DNA from: Eledone cirrhosa
Lineage: Eukaryota
Direction: 5' to 3'
Length of the DNA stretch: 64,000 bases
NCBI GenBank assembly: GCA_964016885.1
Contig: OZ024740.1
Span: 160,952,001-161,016,000, forward strand
Position 1 is the first letter of the stretch. Every line of letters begins with the position of its first letter. The notes below the pieces were generated by a model. It had not been told where the DNA came from. It saw only the letters and a list, made by a program, of their open reading frames with translations, and made no database searches. A program made the position numbers and the translations under genes. Below are positions 1 to 12,900 of this stretch, one piece after another.

Positions 1-154
1 ACTATAAATTTTGCGCCAATTCATGTTGCAAAAATTCTTGTAGTCAAAACAATTTTGATTGGTCAGTAGAAGTCACGTGAATGTTTAAATTGATTTTAGC
101 ACGAACTGGTTTCGCGCCAAATGTAGGTTTGTCGAATAGTGTCCGTTTCCGCTT

Positions 155-2080
155 GATTGAGTTGCAGTCATGTTGAGAGGTCAACAGTTCAGGTGTCTAT
201 TAAGACAATTATATGTGAGTGTGGAGGGGGGGTTATTTTAACATGTTGAGACATATTTTTCAGCACTTGTCTTATACGGAGAAGTGTGTGTGTGTGTCTG
301 TCTGTATGTTAGTGTTCAAGCGTGTGTGTGTGTGTGGATGGACCAGTATTTTTGTGGTACTGGTAAAAATGGGGTACATTATTCGATATTTTCAGTCATT
401 TGCAAAAACGATTCTCTCAAAAAAACATTAATAACATCAGTAATAAAAGAGGTGTATAAATGATGTATAATATTATCATAACAACAAGGCGTGTGTGAGT
501 GCAGATTGTACGTGCTGCAAGTGGAATACATTAGTCCCTGTCGTATGGGATACTTGTGTACAAATATGTATGCACCAATCAATGTGCAATACATGTGTGT
601 GTATGTGTGCGTGTCGGCACATGTATATCTATAAACATCAAAAGGTATGCGAAGTTGTGTATATTTGTGTTGCACCATAGAACATGTGTGTTTACGTATG
701 TCATTGTGTTTATATGTGGATAGAAATGTATGTAGGATGTATGCTGATGTAGGTATGTATGTCAATGTGTGTATGTTGTGGGTTCGTCTTAGGAAGAAGT
801 GTTTAGATGGGGTCCGTATTTGTTAATAAAGTGAGATTCCTTGCTGATGCGCCTGGTGTGGGTGGCATTATCTTTAAATTTGTAGAGGGAAAAGATTCTA
901 AAGTTGGGATGATTTGGGGCGGCATAGGTATCACTGAGTTCACTCTGCTATTTTTCTGTATTCCTGTATTTTGATTTGGGATCTATGGACAGTCATGCGT
1001 TGGCGGAGGCTGTTTTTAGTCTGGTCTATGTATTGTTCTCGACAACCTGAGCAAGTTAATACATATATTAGGTTTTCTGGTGCGCATGTGAAATTGTGTT
1101 TTACTATAAAACATTGTCCTTCTTTGAAATAGAATTCCGAACCCTCTATTAGGCTGAAATAGAATTCCGAACCCTCTATCGCATTGTTTTACTGTGGTTT
1201 TCATTGTTGTGGTTGGCAGTACTTTGGCATGTGTTAGGATGTTTTTCATTTACTTAGATTGTCTTTTACTCTTTATGTTATCGTGTGTTCGAAGGATTTG
1301 GTTCATTCTATGGTCCTTTTTTAATACAGGGATGTTCTGGAGGATGGTGTCAAAGGCCTCATTGTTGATGGGGTTGTGTGTGGAGATGTATGGAAGAGCT
1401 TTTAGTTTCGGTTGATTAACTTTAGAGTGTCTAAGGTCCTGGGTACTGAGTTTTAGGGCACGTTGGATTCCATTGTCAATTAGTGATGCAGGGTAGTCCG
1501 TGCTTATGAGTATGTCCTTTAGTTCTTGTAGACGTAAGTAACAGGTGTTTATATTGGAAACTATAGTACAGATTCTCTTGGGTAAGTTGTAGGGAATATT
1601 AATTTTAACGTGTCTAGGGTGGCATGAATTGAAAGGAAGATATTGCTTGGAGTATATGTCTGGGCTTGTAGTATATGTATGTTTCTATTTTTTTGTTATG
1701 AATCTTAATGAGGATGTCGAGGAAGGGGAGTTATTGATGGCTGTATTCCATTGTAAAATTAATATTCATGTTGAGCCCATTTATAAGGGTGTGAAATTCT
1801 TTAAGTTTCTCGATGTTTTCGTGCCAAAGGATGATGCAGTCATCAAGATATCTCTTCCAGTTGTTTTCTATGTGTAAGTGGAGAATGTTTCCAAATTCGT
1901 TTAGTACTTTAGTGTAGAGGGTGATTTCCAGGTATCCCATGACTAGGTTGGCATAAGTAGGGGCTGTTTTCGTTCCCATAGCGGTCCCAGATTTCTGCAT
2001 GTAGGATTTGTTATTGAAAACGAAGTAATTGTTCTCCAAGATAAATTTGAATTCATTTTTTATGCGTTGTGGGAGTTTAT
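155..2080 (-). mobile_element. Penelope-like element, 5'-truncated and degenerate: RT C-terminal half, GIY-YIG endonuclease and CA-rich 3' UTR
   Basis: ORF 1731..2039 has PLE RT motifs GTAMG-x4-PTYANL-x-MG and WKRYLDD. The downstream frame reads FNSCHPRHVKINIPYNLPKRICTIVS. The minus strand at ~1145-940 reads EGSEFYFKEGQCFIVKHNFTCAPENLIYVLTCSGCREQYIDQTKNSLRQRMTVHRSQI (GIY-YIG, NLIY...YI[G>D]QT). A 30-bp tandem duplication lies at ~1125-1179. The 5' end abuts (TA)n. Confidence 0.9.
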
Positions 2081-2082
2081 TG

Positions 2083-3170
<1,088 letters not shown>

Positions 3171-3301
3171 TGCAAAAGTTTTATTTAAAATTGTTGGGTT
3201 ACAACGAGTAAATATTTTATAACTGATATAAAAGCACTCAACAAGTTTTGGAGTATTTTACGATATTAAACAAATGGAAACTACATTTATAAAACCATAT
3301 T

Positions 3302-3367
3302 TATTTCATTATATATATTTCAGGGATATCATATTAAAAATATGGTATGCCCTCTTCAGACAAAATA
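3302..3367 (-). ncRNA. Type I hammerhead ribozyme motif (PLE type)
   Basis: The minus strand reads TATTTTGT-CTGAAGA-GGGCATACCATATTTTTAATATGATATCCCT-GAAA-TATATA-TA/ATGAAATA. This gives an 8-bp stem I (2 G.U), a canonical core, a long stem II, a palindromic stem III and an AUA cleavage triplet. Confidence 0.8.
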
Positions 3368-3669
3368 CAATATATAAACAGTTTTATAAATAAATTTGAC
3401 ATACCTTAAAACTTTACAACTTCCATTTAAAAAGTTGTTTTGGTAGTGAAAATGTTAAGGACAGTTAGAAAGAAAGACGAAGAGAAAAAAGAAAGAAAGT
3501 GTATAGTGCTAAGGACAGTTAGAGAGGAAGGCGAAGAAAATGAAGAAATGTATGTAAAGAAAAAAACAACAGAGCGAGATGGAGAGAGAGATATGGGATA
3601 GAGAAATATTGAGGAGGTGAAAAATGAATAACGTACAAATGAGAGATTTAGGAGGGAAGGGGGTACTGT

Positions 3670-3714
<45 letters not shown>

Positions 3715-4368
3715 GTTATAGTGTTAAGGATACGGAGAGAAATAAAAATAAAAATAAAAATAAATAAAGAGAGGTAGAAAGAGATATAGGTGGTGGGAGA
3801 AAAGAGGTAGATCGAGTAATAACTATTATACGAGGTGGGAGAGATAGGGGAGGGGTGAGATAAAGGAGGTAGAGTTAAATCAGCCGATACATAAGTCCCG
3901 TCAAGTGTAGAGGGAGGAGGAGAAGAGATATATTCAGAAATAAAGATGATAGTTTTAAAATATTATGTTTCATCAGTCTATCAATTCTTATGAATTAGGT
4001 ATTATAATGTAAATATCAATATTCATGAATGAGACACATATCAATAATGTGTGAAAAAATAATGACTATATGTTTAGTTTAAAAATTCTTAGGTTTATAA
4101 TCAAAATCTGAGATAAAACTTCAAAAAAATACTGAAATACATAAGTATATATGTATTTTCATGAAAAAAGAAAAAGAAAAAAGAGAAAGAAAAAGAGAAG
4201 GTTATCTCAAATTCAAGTTGACATTATAGACACACATGTGAGTTTACGTGATCAGCTCTGTAAATTTTTATTTCACATGAAAATCTTCATTGCGTTACAA
4301 AAGATTCTACCATACATATATGTACATACAGGTATGTCAAATTTATTTATAAAACTGTTTATATATTG

Positions 4369-4435
4369 TATTTTGTCTGAAGAGGGCATACCATATTTTT
4401 AATATGATATCCCTGAAAATATATATAATGAAATA
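4369..4435 (+). ncRNA. Type I hammerhead ribozyme motif, mirror copy of 3302-3367
   Basis: TATTTTGT-CTGAAGA-stem II-GAAA-ATATATA-TA/ATGAAATA, with one extra A in stem III. Confidence 0.75.
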
Positions 4436-4589
4436 AATATGGTTTTATAAATGTAGTTTCCATTTGTTTAATATCGTATATATTTATATATATATATATA
4501 TATCAGGAACAATCGACATTCGTCAAATCGGACCGAGGAAACAATGTTTCCATTGGTCTTTCCAATTGCTAATACTATCTATCGGTCGC

Positions 4590-4724
4590 AACTCCAGGTA
4601 GAAATATCAACGTGAAATAAAGTGTCTTGCTCAAGGACATAACGCATCGCCCGGTCCGGGAATCGAACTCACAACCTCACGATTGCGAATCTAATTCTCT
4701 AACCACTCAGCCACACGCCTTCAC
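4590..4724 (-). mobile_element. tRNA-derived SINE head (family A)
   Basis: The minus strand has an A box TGGCTGAGTGG and a B box GTTCGATTCC, then TGTCCTTGAGCAAGACACTTTATTTC shared with 17949 and 23682. Confidence 0.85.
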
Positions 4725-4839
4725 ATATTTATATATACATAATATATATATGTTGAAAATAGAAAAAGTCATAGGAGTGAAGAGTGCTCTATGTATGTAC
4801 CAGAGCAAAATTTAATGTATAAAAACAATACAATATAAT

Positions 4840-4913
4840 TACCTCATTACCAGAGGTTTCCCGAATAAGACGAATACGAAAGAAACGTCTTCATTCGTTC
4901 GTCGGACGAGGCA
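4840..4913 (-). ncRNA. Type I hammerhead ribozyme motif, left-arm copy
   Basis: Reverse complement of 9031-9104, with one C>T giving a G.U pair in stem I. Confidence 0.8.
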
Positions 4914-6187
4914 ATATAAAACATAGAGAAATATTTGGAATGTCTCTTCAAGAAATGCAAAAAAAAAAAATTTATATATAGATAGATAAAGGTAATACAA
5001 TAGAAATATAAAATATATTAAAAAAATGTTTAAAGAAATTTAGTTAGGTGTGTGTATATGTATGTATATACACTCACAGATATACATATGTATGTATGTA
5101 CAAATGTGTGTGTATAGTGAAAATGTGTGCGTAAATATATGTATGAGGGCAAGTATATCTGTGTATATGTAACCATAGACACAGACATCATATGAGTGTC
5201 TGGTTGACAGGTATACAGAAAAACAGGGTATTAGATACATTATAAAAATATGAAGGCACGCGTATAAACACACACACACGCGCGTACACTTATATGCGGA
5301 AGAAAAAGACGTAAGGGAGTGTAATAGTAAAAAGAAAGTATCATTCTCGATATATTTATAAAAATGGAACAATAATTTAGAAAGAAAAAAATTGCAAAGT
5401 AAAGAAAAGTAAACAAACAAGGTACACGCGTACATACACATATATCTATAAGAAACATATATCTATAAAAAATATATATATACACGCAATACGTGCAGAC
5501 AAAAGCTTATGCAAGCGTACATACACACACAGGATGCACATATATATATACATACACATCGCCCCATGTATATCTAATCACGCGTACGTACGCGACTGTA
5601 TACACACACACACATACACACACATAAGTATATATATATATACATACGCACACATACACATCCATACATGCAGTACGTACACACACACGCACACATACAT
5701 ACACTCACGCACGTTGACCCGGTAACATGCACACACATAAAAATAAGAATGTAAAAAAAGAACATAGATGTAAAAACACAGATATAAAAACACACATACA
5801 TACACATATATATATACACGCACGCGCGCGCACATACGGAGGCATTCGTGTACATATACAGAAAGTATACACACATAAAGACGCTCAGACACATAGATAC
5901 AGGGTGTAAAAACAGCTTTGTGAATAAGTGAGTACAAATATAAAAATGTAAAATTGGCTGCGAAATAACAGACAATATCTGGATGGAAAACGCAAGTGAC
6001 TTGTATAATCAAGTAGTGAAGAAAATAGGGAAGTAAAAGGTGGAAAGTGGAGATATTAGGTAAGTGAATCGGAGAATAAAGGGGGAGGGGGGTTTAGTGG
6101 TGGATGTGAAGTAAAAATAAAAATAAAAATAAAAATAAAAATAAAAATAAAAATAAAAATAAAAATAAAATTAAAATTAATAATAAG

Positions 6188-7698
6188 ACTGATATTGGTC
6201 TTGCCAGCAAACAAATTTTAAATAATATAAATACACACATTAGAAGTAAGTCTAAATTACTCCAATGGATAAATAGCTCTTCCGTAGTACATTGGTTTAA
6301 TAAAATTAAAAACAAAAATAGTTCTAGATTCACCCAATTTGACATTGTAGATTTCTACCCATCTATCACTAAGACTCTTTTAGCGAAAGCTTTAAATTTC
6401 GCTAGAAAGTTTACCAATATCTCTGATATTGAAGAGAATGTCGTCTTGCACACTAGAAACACTCTACTCTTTACTGATAATGACACTTGGGTAAAAATAT
6501 CTAACCCAGAGAGCCCATTCGATGTCTCAATGGGCTCTTATGACAGTGCTGATGTTTGTGATTTAGTCGGCCTATTCCTCCTACACACACTTAAAGAAAA
6601 GTTCCCTAACCATATTTTTGGGCTTTATCGCGACGATGGTCTAATACTTTCCCATACCACCATAGGCCATAACTTAGATATATTAAGGAAAGACTTAATA
6701 AAAACCTTTGCTAGTTTTAATCTTAAAATTACTATTGACACTAACCTTTCCAATGTAAATTTCCTAGATATAAACTTAGATTTGCCTACTGCTTCTTATA
6801 AACCATACCATAAACCTAATGAAAATTTAAATATATAAATAAAGGCTCTTGCCATCCTCCTATAGTTTTTAAAAACCTTATCCCTAATATTAGCCATAGG
6901 ATCTCCACCCTCTCTTCCTCAGAAGCTATTTTCAATAAGGCATCCCCCTACTATAATAAAGCCCTCCAAAATAGCGGTTTTAGCGAACCGATTAAATACA
7001 TACCCAACTATACTAACTCTATTAAACATAAAAATAGGAAAAGAAAAATAATCTGGTTCACACCCCCCTACTAATGTAGGCAAAAAATTCCTAAAGCTCT
7101 TAGATAAATATTTCCCTAGAACACATAGATACTATAAGATCTTTAATAGAAACTGTGTCAAAATTAGCTACTCCTGCGATCCCCCTATTAAATCTTATAT
7201 AATCAACAAAAAATTACCTAGAGAACATCAAAATTGCTCCTGTAGAATCAAAAGTGAATGCCCATTACAAGGTAAATGCAACACCAAAGCCATTGTATAT
7301 GCGGCTAAAGTGACAACCATCAGCAACAACCTACCAGCCACCAGTGAACGATATGTGGGTATGACGCAAGACAAATTCAAAACGCGTTATTACTCACATG
7401 TCGCATCCTTTCGACATCCAGAAAAAAGATTTACAACAGCTCTGGCTAACAGAATATGGGATTTGAAAGATATAAATTGGATTGGTCAATTTTGAACCAA
7501 TCTAAAGAATATACAAGAGGAACAAGAAAATGCACGCTCTGCATAAATGAAAAATATTGGATTTTGCAAAACATTAAATCACCAAAGACCTGCCTAAACA
7601 CAAAGACAGAAATTTTCACCAGTTGCCCACACATGAAATCACACCTGCTTTCCAGCTCATATAAACTTAACACACTTTCAGATACTTATCCTCCATAA
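6188..7698 (+). pseudogene. PLE reverse transcriptase plus GIY-YIG endonuclease, frameshifted and 5'-truncated
   Basis: RT motifs: FTQFDIVDFYPSI, FDVSMGSYDSADVCDLVGLFLL, GLYRDDGL, VNFLDINLDL. Endonuclease: CPLQGKC...IVY...YVGMTQDKFKTRYYSH...CTLCINEK...LNTKTE. Confidence 0.92.
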
Positions 7699-8293
7699 GC
7701 TCTTATTTTTCACTTAAATTATTCTCTTTAAGACTACCTTTTCTGATTTACTTTCATTTTTAACCTTATTATTAATTTTATTTTTATTTTTATTTTTATT
7801 TTTATTTTTATTTTTATTTTTATTTTTATTTTTATTTTTATTTTTATTTTTACTTCACATCCACCACTACCCCCCCCCCTTTATTCTCCGATTCACTTAC
7901 CTAATATCTCCACTTTCCACCTTTTACTTCCCTATTTTCTTCACTACTTGATTATACAAGTCACTTGCGTTTTCCATCCAGATATTGTCTGTTATTTCGC
8001 AGCCAATTTTACATTTTTATATTTGTACTCACTTATTCACAAAGCTGTTTTTACACCCTGTATCTATGTGTCTGAGCGTCTTTATGTGTGTATACTTTCT
8101 GTATATGTACACGAACGCCTCCGTATGTGCGCGCGCGTGCGTGTATATATATATGTGTATGTATGTGTGTTTTTATATCTGTGTTTTTACATCTATGTTC
8201 TTTTTTTACATTCTTATTTTTATGTGTGTGCATGTTAGCGGGTCAACGTGCGTGAGTGTGTACGTACTGCATGTATGGATGTGTATGTGTGCG

Positions 8294-8325
<32 letters not shown>

Positions 8326-9030
8326 CTTATGTGTGTGTATGTGTGTGTGTGTATACAGTCGCGTACGTACGCGTGATTAGATATACATGGGGCGATGTGT
8401 ATGTATATATATATGTGCATCCTGTGTGTGTATGTACGCTTGCATATGCTTTTGTTTGTACGTATTGCGTGTATATATATATTTTTTATAGATATATGTT
8501 ACTTATAGATATATGTGTGTATGTACGCGTGTACCTTGTTTGTTTACTTTTCTTTACTTTGCAATTTTTTCTTTCTAAATTATTGTTCCATTTTTATAAA
8601 TATATCGAGAATGATACTTTCTTTTTACTATTACACTCCCTTACCTCTTTTTCTTCCGCATATAAGTGTACGCGCGTGTGTGTGTGTTTATACGCGTGCC
8701 TTCATATTCTTATAATGTATCTAATACCCTGTTTTTCTGTATACCTGTCAACCAGACACTCATATCATGTCTATGGTTACATATACACAGATATACTTGC
8801 CCTCATACATATATTTACGCACACATTTTCACTATACACACACATTTGTACATACATACATATGTATATCTGTGAGTGTATATACATACATATACACACA
8901 CCTAACTAGATTTCTTTAAAAAAATTTTTTATATATTTTATATGTCTATTGTATTACCTTTATCTATATATATCTAATTTTTTTTGCATTTCTTGAAGAG
9001 TCTTTCCAAATATTTCTCTATGTTTTATAT

Positions 9031-9104
9031 TGCCTCGTCCGACGAACGAATGAAGACGTTTCTTTCGTATTCGTCTTATTCGGGAAACCTCTGGTAACGA
9101 GGTA
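9031..9104 (+). ncRNA. Type I hammerhead ribozyme motif with variant core CCGACGA
   Basis: TGCCTCGT-CCGACGA-ACGAATGAAGACG..CGTCTTATTCGG-GAAA-CCTCTGG-TA/ACGAGGTA. Stem I is 8-10 bp, stem II ~11 bp, stem III CC/GG, triplet GUA. Predicted cleavage is after 9096. Confidence 0.82.
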
Positions 9105-9128
9105 ATTATATTGTATTGTTTTTTATAC

Positions 9129-9170
<42 letters not shown>

Positions 9171-9174
9171 TATA

Positions 9175-9600
9175 TCATCATTATCTTCACCGTTTTACCG
9201 TTTTACGTCCGTTCTTCCATGCTAGCATGGGTTAGACGGGTTGTCCTGTTGTGGGCAGTAGCCGGTCGGCTGACCATGCCTTGCTCATACGGGAACTGAT
9301 TCTGGCTTGATTTCTACAGCTGGATGCACTTCCTAACACTAACCTCATTTACAGTGGTTGCTGGGTGCTTTTATTCCATGGCGCCTACACGTCCACTTTA
9401 CAGTGTGGGCTGGGTGCTTTTTTGCCGTCGCGCCTCCACGACCATTTTGCAGTGTGAGGGTGTGGAGGCATATTGTCTATGTGCTTCAGCTTCAGCTTAT
9501 ACCCGTGTGGGGTCGGGTCTTCTGTATTACTGCGTGACGCCAGAGGTCACGGTCGTGTGTCATCACCTCTGAGAGGTGGAATTCGGTAAGGTCGGCTTTC
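9175..9600 (-). mobile_element. RTE-clade LINE 3' end: last RT codons, long 3' UTR and (GAT)n-type tail
   Basis: The minus strand reads MTHDRDLWRHAVIQKTRP, then a UTR containing GTTAGGAAGTGCATCCAGCTGTAGAAATC shared with SINE family A. Confidence 0.75.
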
Positions 9601-9624
9601 ATATGTATATATATATATATATAT

Positions 9625-10555
9625 TTCGTTTCTGAATTTGGTTAACAAGATTCTTAATCTGAAAACGTGTGTTGAAACCGATATTGTTATACTTTGGGAG
9701 GGTCATGTTGCCAATAAGAAACACACCCTCCAGTAGCTTTCACATCAATTTATTATAAATTAAAATTATAAATTTAGGAATTTATAAATTTCCGGTTGGT
9801 TGGTTGGTTCCACAACCAGACGATTTTTCATATATTGTCAAAGTTCTTTCGTCACACATTCTGTGACCTCTTCAGTGACTGGGAATTCTTTTCTTTGTTT
9901 TTGTGCCTCTCATTTGTTCTGTCCTACGCCATCTTGTTTGTGTGTGTGTTGTGTGCTTAGTTTGCGCATGTGTTATATCCGGGTGTCTGTGTGTGTTTAT
10001 ATTTGTTTATTTATTTGTTTATTTACATGTTACTGGTTGGTTGTTTATTCTATGTATGTGTGTGTTTTCATTTTGTCCTTAATTGTAAGTTGTGATGTTG
10101 CTATTCCATTCATGCTTTCTATTTAATTTTGGTTGGAGTTCATTTATGTTTATTGCCTCTGTAATTTGTCTAAACATTGCGTCTTTTCTGTGTGTAGATT
10201 CTATTTTTATTTCTATGTTCTTTAATTTACCCTTATGTTCTATTTTAGCATGTTGGTAGAGTACAGATGATTCTTTAATATCTTGAAGCTCTCGCCAGTG
10301 TTCATTTATCCGTTCTCCTATACTACGAGCTGTCTCACCTATATACACTATATTCTTATCTCTACAGTGTCCTTCAGTATATCTTATGCTATATACTACA
10401 TTTCTAGTTTTACAGTTAATATGGGGGCTTAGTTTACAGATTATACATTTCTTATCTATACAGGGAGGTCTTTGAAAAGGGTATGTATTGCTAATAAGTG
10501 TTTTTATGGAGGTACCTGGTCTTTCTACTATCTTAATATTGAGTTTATGTTTATC
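9625..10555 (-). mobile_element. PLE 3' fragment: GIY-YIG endonuclease and 3' UTR with a hammerhead
   Basis: ORF 10079..10570: C-x4-C-x2-C...CKTRNVVYSI...YIGETARSIGERINEH...FRQITEA...LNRKHEW. Homologous to 20846..21406. Confidence 0.9.
9837..9879 (-). ncRNA. Minimal type I hammerhead ribozyme motif
   Basis: GTCA-CTGAAGA-GGTCACAGAATGTGTGAC-GAAA-GAAC-TT/TGAC. Confidence 0.75.
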
Positions 10556-10571
10556 TATATATATATACATA

Positions 10572-11030
10572 TGTAGCGACGTGGTTAGTCAGTCTGGTCA
10601 CTACTTCTGATCAGATCCGAGAATAGCCCTTAGAAGGACTGTTATCGAATTCCGTCTGATCAGAGGACTGTTGTCGCATATAGCCCTTAAAAGAACTGTT
10701 GAGGATGGACAGACGAAAGCACAAGTTGAAAGGACGAATCAAGGTGAGATGTAAATTCGATCAGCTATTTATTTTCACATGATGCGACGATACGAGGTAT
10801 AAGGCGTGTGTGAGTGACAAAGCGTGGCAGAGTAAGGGAACAACGATACGCTAGCTGACTCTGCCAAAAGTCGACTGCTGAAGTGTTTGGAACCACTCTA
10901 TTTATACAGAAATAATCGTTTGATGTTTGGCCGCTGTGTAGGCGTTTATTCTGGTAGGTTTTATGAGTTAGCGGGCTAACAGGTAGATGGCGCTGTATAT
11001 TTCACAGATGTTATTTCCGGTGGCTGTACA
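10572..11030 (-). repeat. 3' LTR (459 bp, TGTA...TACA), preceded by a purine-rich PPT-like tract GGCAGGGTGGTAA (11031-11043)
   Basis: Terminal TG...CA inverted ends; shares ~130-150 bp with 15376-15525. Confidence 0.8.
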
Positions 11031-11953
11031 TTACCACCCTGCCAGATCTTTTGTACAACAAAAGAGCGAAATATCGTATAGTAATGGGCCAGTGGTGCAT
11101 TTGTCATGACAATAGCCCCGGGAGTGTCCAGCACGTTGTGAAATTGTGTGATCAGTGAGTACAGGACAGAGTCGATGTAGAGATGATATGGCAAGATGTG
11201 TGTGTCAGGAAGAGAAAAAAGAAATAAACTATAAAATGACTTTGACCAGATTTATGCAGGCCTGATGAATGAGCCTGTTGCAATTTGGGTTGAGCTGCCT
11301 GTGAATTGCGTGACAAAAAGTCTAACTGGGCAGTGAAGATAACCGTAATGTGTGAACTGAATGGCCGTAAGCATGCTGCCTAAAAGTAACAGTTTGCTCC
11401 ACAGCATATGACTTGAGCGAATGCATGTGGTAAAAAAAAGCGAAGCATTCTCGAGCTATGAGTGAATGTGTACGTGAAAAAAGAAGGCCAGTGTTTTGAG
11501 GATGCGATTTGTGAAATGCGTGATCAAAGAGAAAACATTTTGTAGTGTAAGAGTTAGAGGGACACAAATATCTATTGCTCCGTGTATGAACCAAAAGGTG
11601 AAACAAACGTGGTTTTGTAGTGTGCATGAAAAACAGAATATGTACAGGCCTTGTATGTATATAAAAATTATGGCAATTTACACAATCAATGTTACAGAAC
11701 ACGAAAAATACAAATCTTTGCAAAACGAGAGAGAAAAAAAAAATGTTATACACAATGATATACACAATGTTTGTTCTTACATAGTGTTTGTAATAAATAA
11801 TGTTCTTCGTGACATGAGCACATGGTCACTAAAAATTGCAATTGTTCAAGCAGAAAGTTCACTGTATTTGAAACTGGAAATAGTAAACACAAGAAAAATG
11901 GAAATGTTTTGCACGAAGAATGATTAAGAAACTCACTTGAGGTTAACGGTAAT

Positions 11954-12900
11954 TCACATATTGTGCCAACTTGGCGGGCCAATGGACGCGTCGTCCACTT
12001 CTCGTGACTGGAGATGAAACAGGTGGCTCGCTGGGACAGCAATCTGTTGGAGTTTCTGATGTAGAGACTGTAACAGTATCCATGATGGCTTTTTTAATCT
12101 GTCCACGCTGACAGAATTCTGTTTACCATCTAGATCAAGAATAAAATATTTCGGATATTTTTTTAGAACACGATAAGGGCCAGAATATGGAGGTCGAAGA
12201 TGAGCTGAGATGGTGTCGTTTCGAACGAAAACGTGTGTCCAATCTTTAATGTCTGAAGGTAGGTGTGTGGCCGTGTTCTGTTGACGGGTGCTTGCAGGAG
12301 CAAGGTGAGACATATATTGTCGAAGACGGTGTACGTATGATCCTGGGTCTGGAACATCCTGAGGAGAGATGGGAGCAACCATCTGACCGGGTAGAACCAG
12401 GGTGGTGCCGTACACTAATTCTGCAGGTGTGTGTCCGAATTCCTCCTTAACGGTGGATCGAATGCCCAGAAGGATGAGTGGTAGGTATTCAAACCAATGG
12501 GTCTTGTCTGGGTATGCTTTTATTGCAGCTTTCAATTGGCAATGGAATCTTTCCACGAGACCATTAGCTTGCGGGTGATAAGCTGTCGTGCGGATGTGTT
12601 TACATACTAAGAGGCGAGTCAGTTCCCTGAAGAGGTGGGAGTCAAATTGGCATCCTCTGTCCGTTGTTATCTTCGCTGGGGTGCCATAACGTGATACCAA
12701 GTGTAAAACCAAAGTTTTAGCAACTGTTTCCGCTGAGGTATCATTTATGGCAAAAGCCTCAGGCCAACGAGAAAATCGATCTATGCAGGTGAGCAAGTGT
12801 GTGTAGTTCTGTGATGGTGGTAGAAGTCCGACGATGTCGATATGCACATGATGAAAACGTGCATCAGGTTGCGCGAATGTGCCGAGTGGAGTTTTGATGT
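11954..12900 (-). pseudogene. Gypsy integrase core (rve), frameshifted relative to RH
   Basis: [46 protein letters not shown], and a GPY/F motif PYSGPYRV. Confidence 0.93.

Larger units (their letters stand above)
3172..4478. mobile_element. Palindromic PLE remnant with ~148-bp inverted arms (3259-3406 / 4330-4478), each with a hammerhead motif, around a GA-rich non-coding core
   Basis: The arms are near-perfect reverse complements. The left arm extends ~90 bp further out. The element is embedded in (TA)n. Confidence 0.8.
4751..9132 (+). mobile_element. Palindromic Penelope-like element: inverted 3' UTR copy (4813-6187), 5'-truncated RT-GIY-YIG (6188-7698) and 3' UTR (7765-9132)
   Basis: The ~1.37-kb arms are reverse complements; the ORF track gives near-identical peptides at 5578..6012(-) and 7948..8238(+). 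The interior encodes PLE RT and endonuclease. It is flanked by TA repeats. Confidence 0.93.

Noticed and set aside
1-152. E2F-like TTCGCGCCAA, CACGTG and ATTGG (CCAAT) motifs suggesting a promoter
   Set aside because: The region is cut by the window edge with no linked gene. It could equally be the subterminal region of a DNA transposon.
4813-9132. Interpretation of the long inverted arms as DNA-transposon or Polinton TIRs
   Set aside because: The cargo is PLE RT/GIY-YIG, the right arm is the natural 3' UTR, and the arms contain hammerheads. No transposase or integrase and no TSD were seen.
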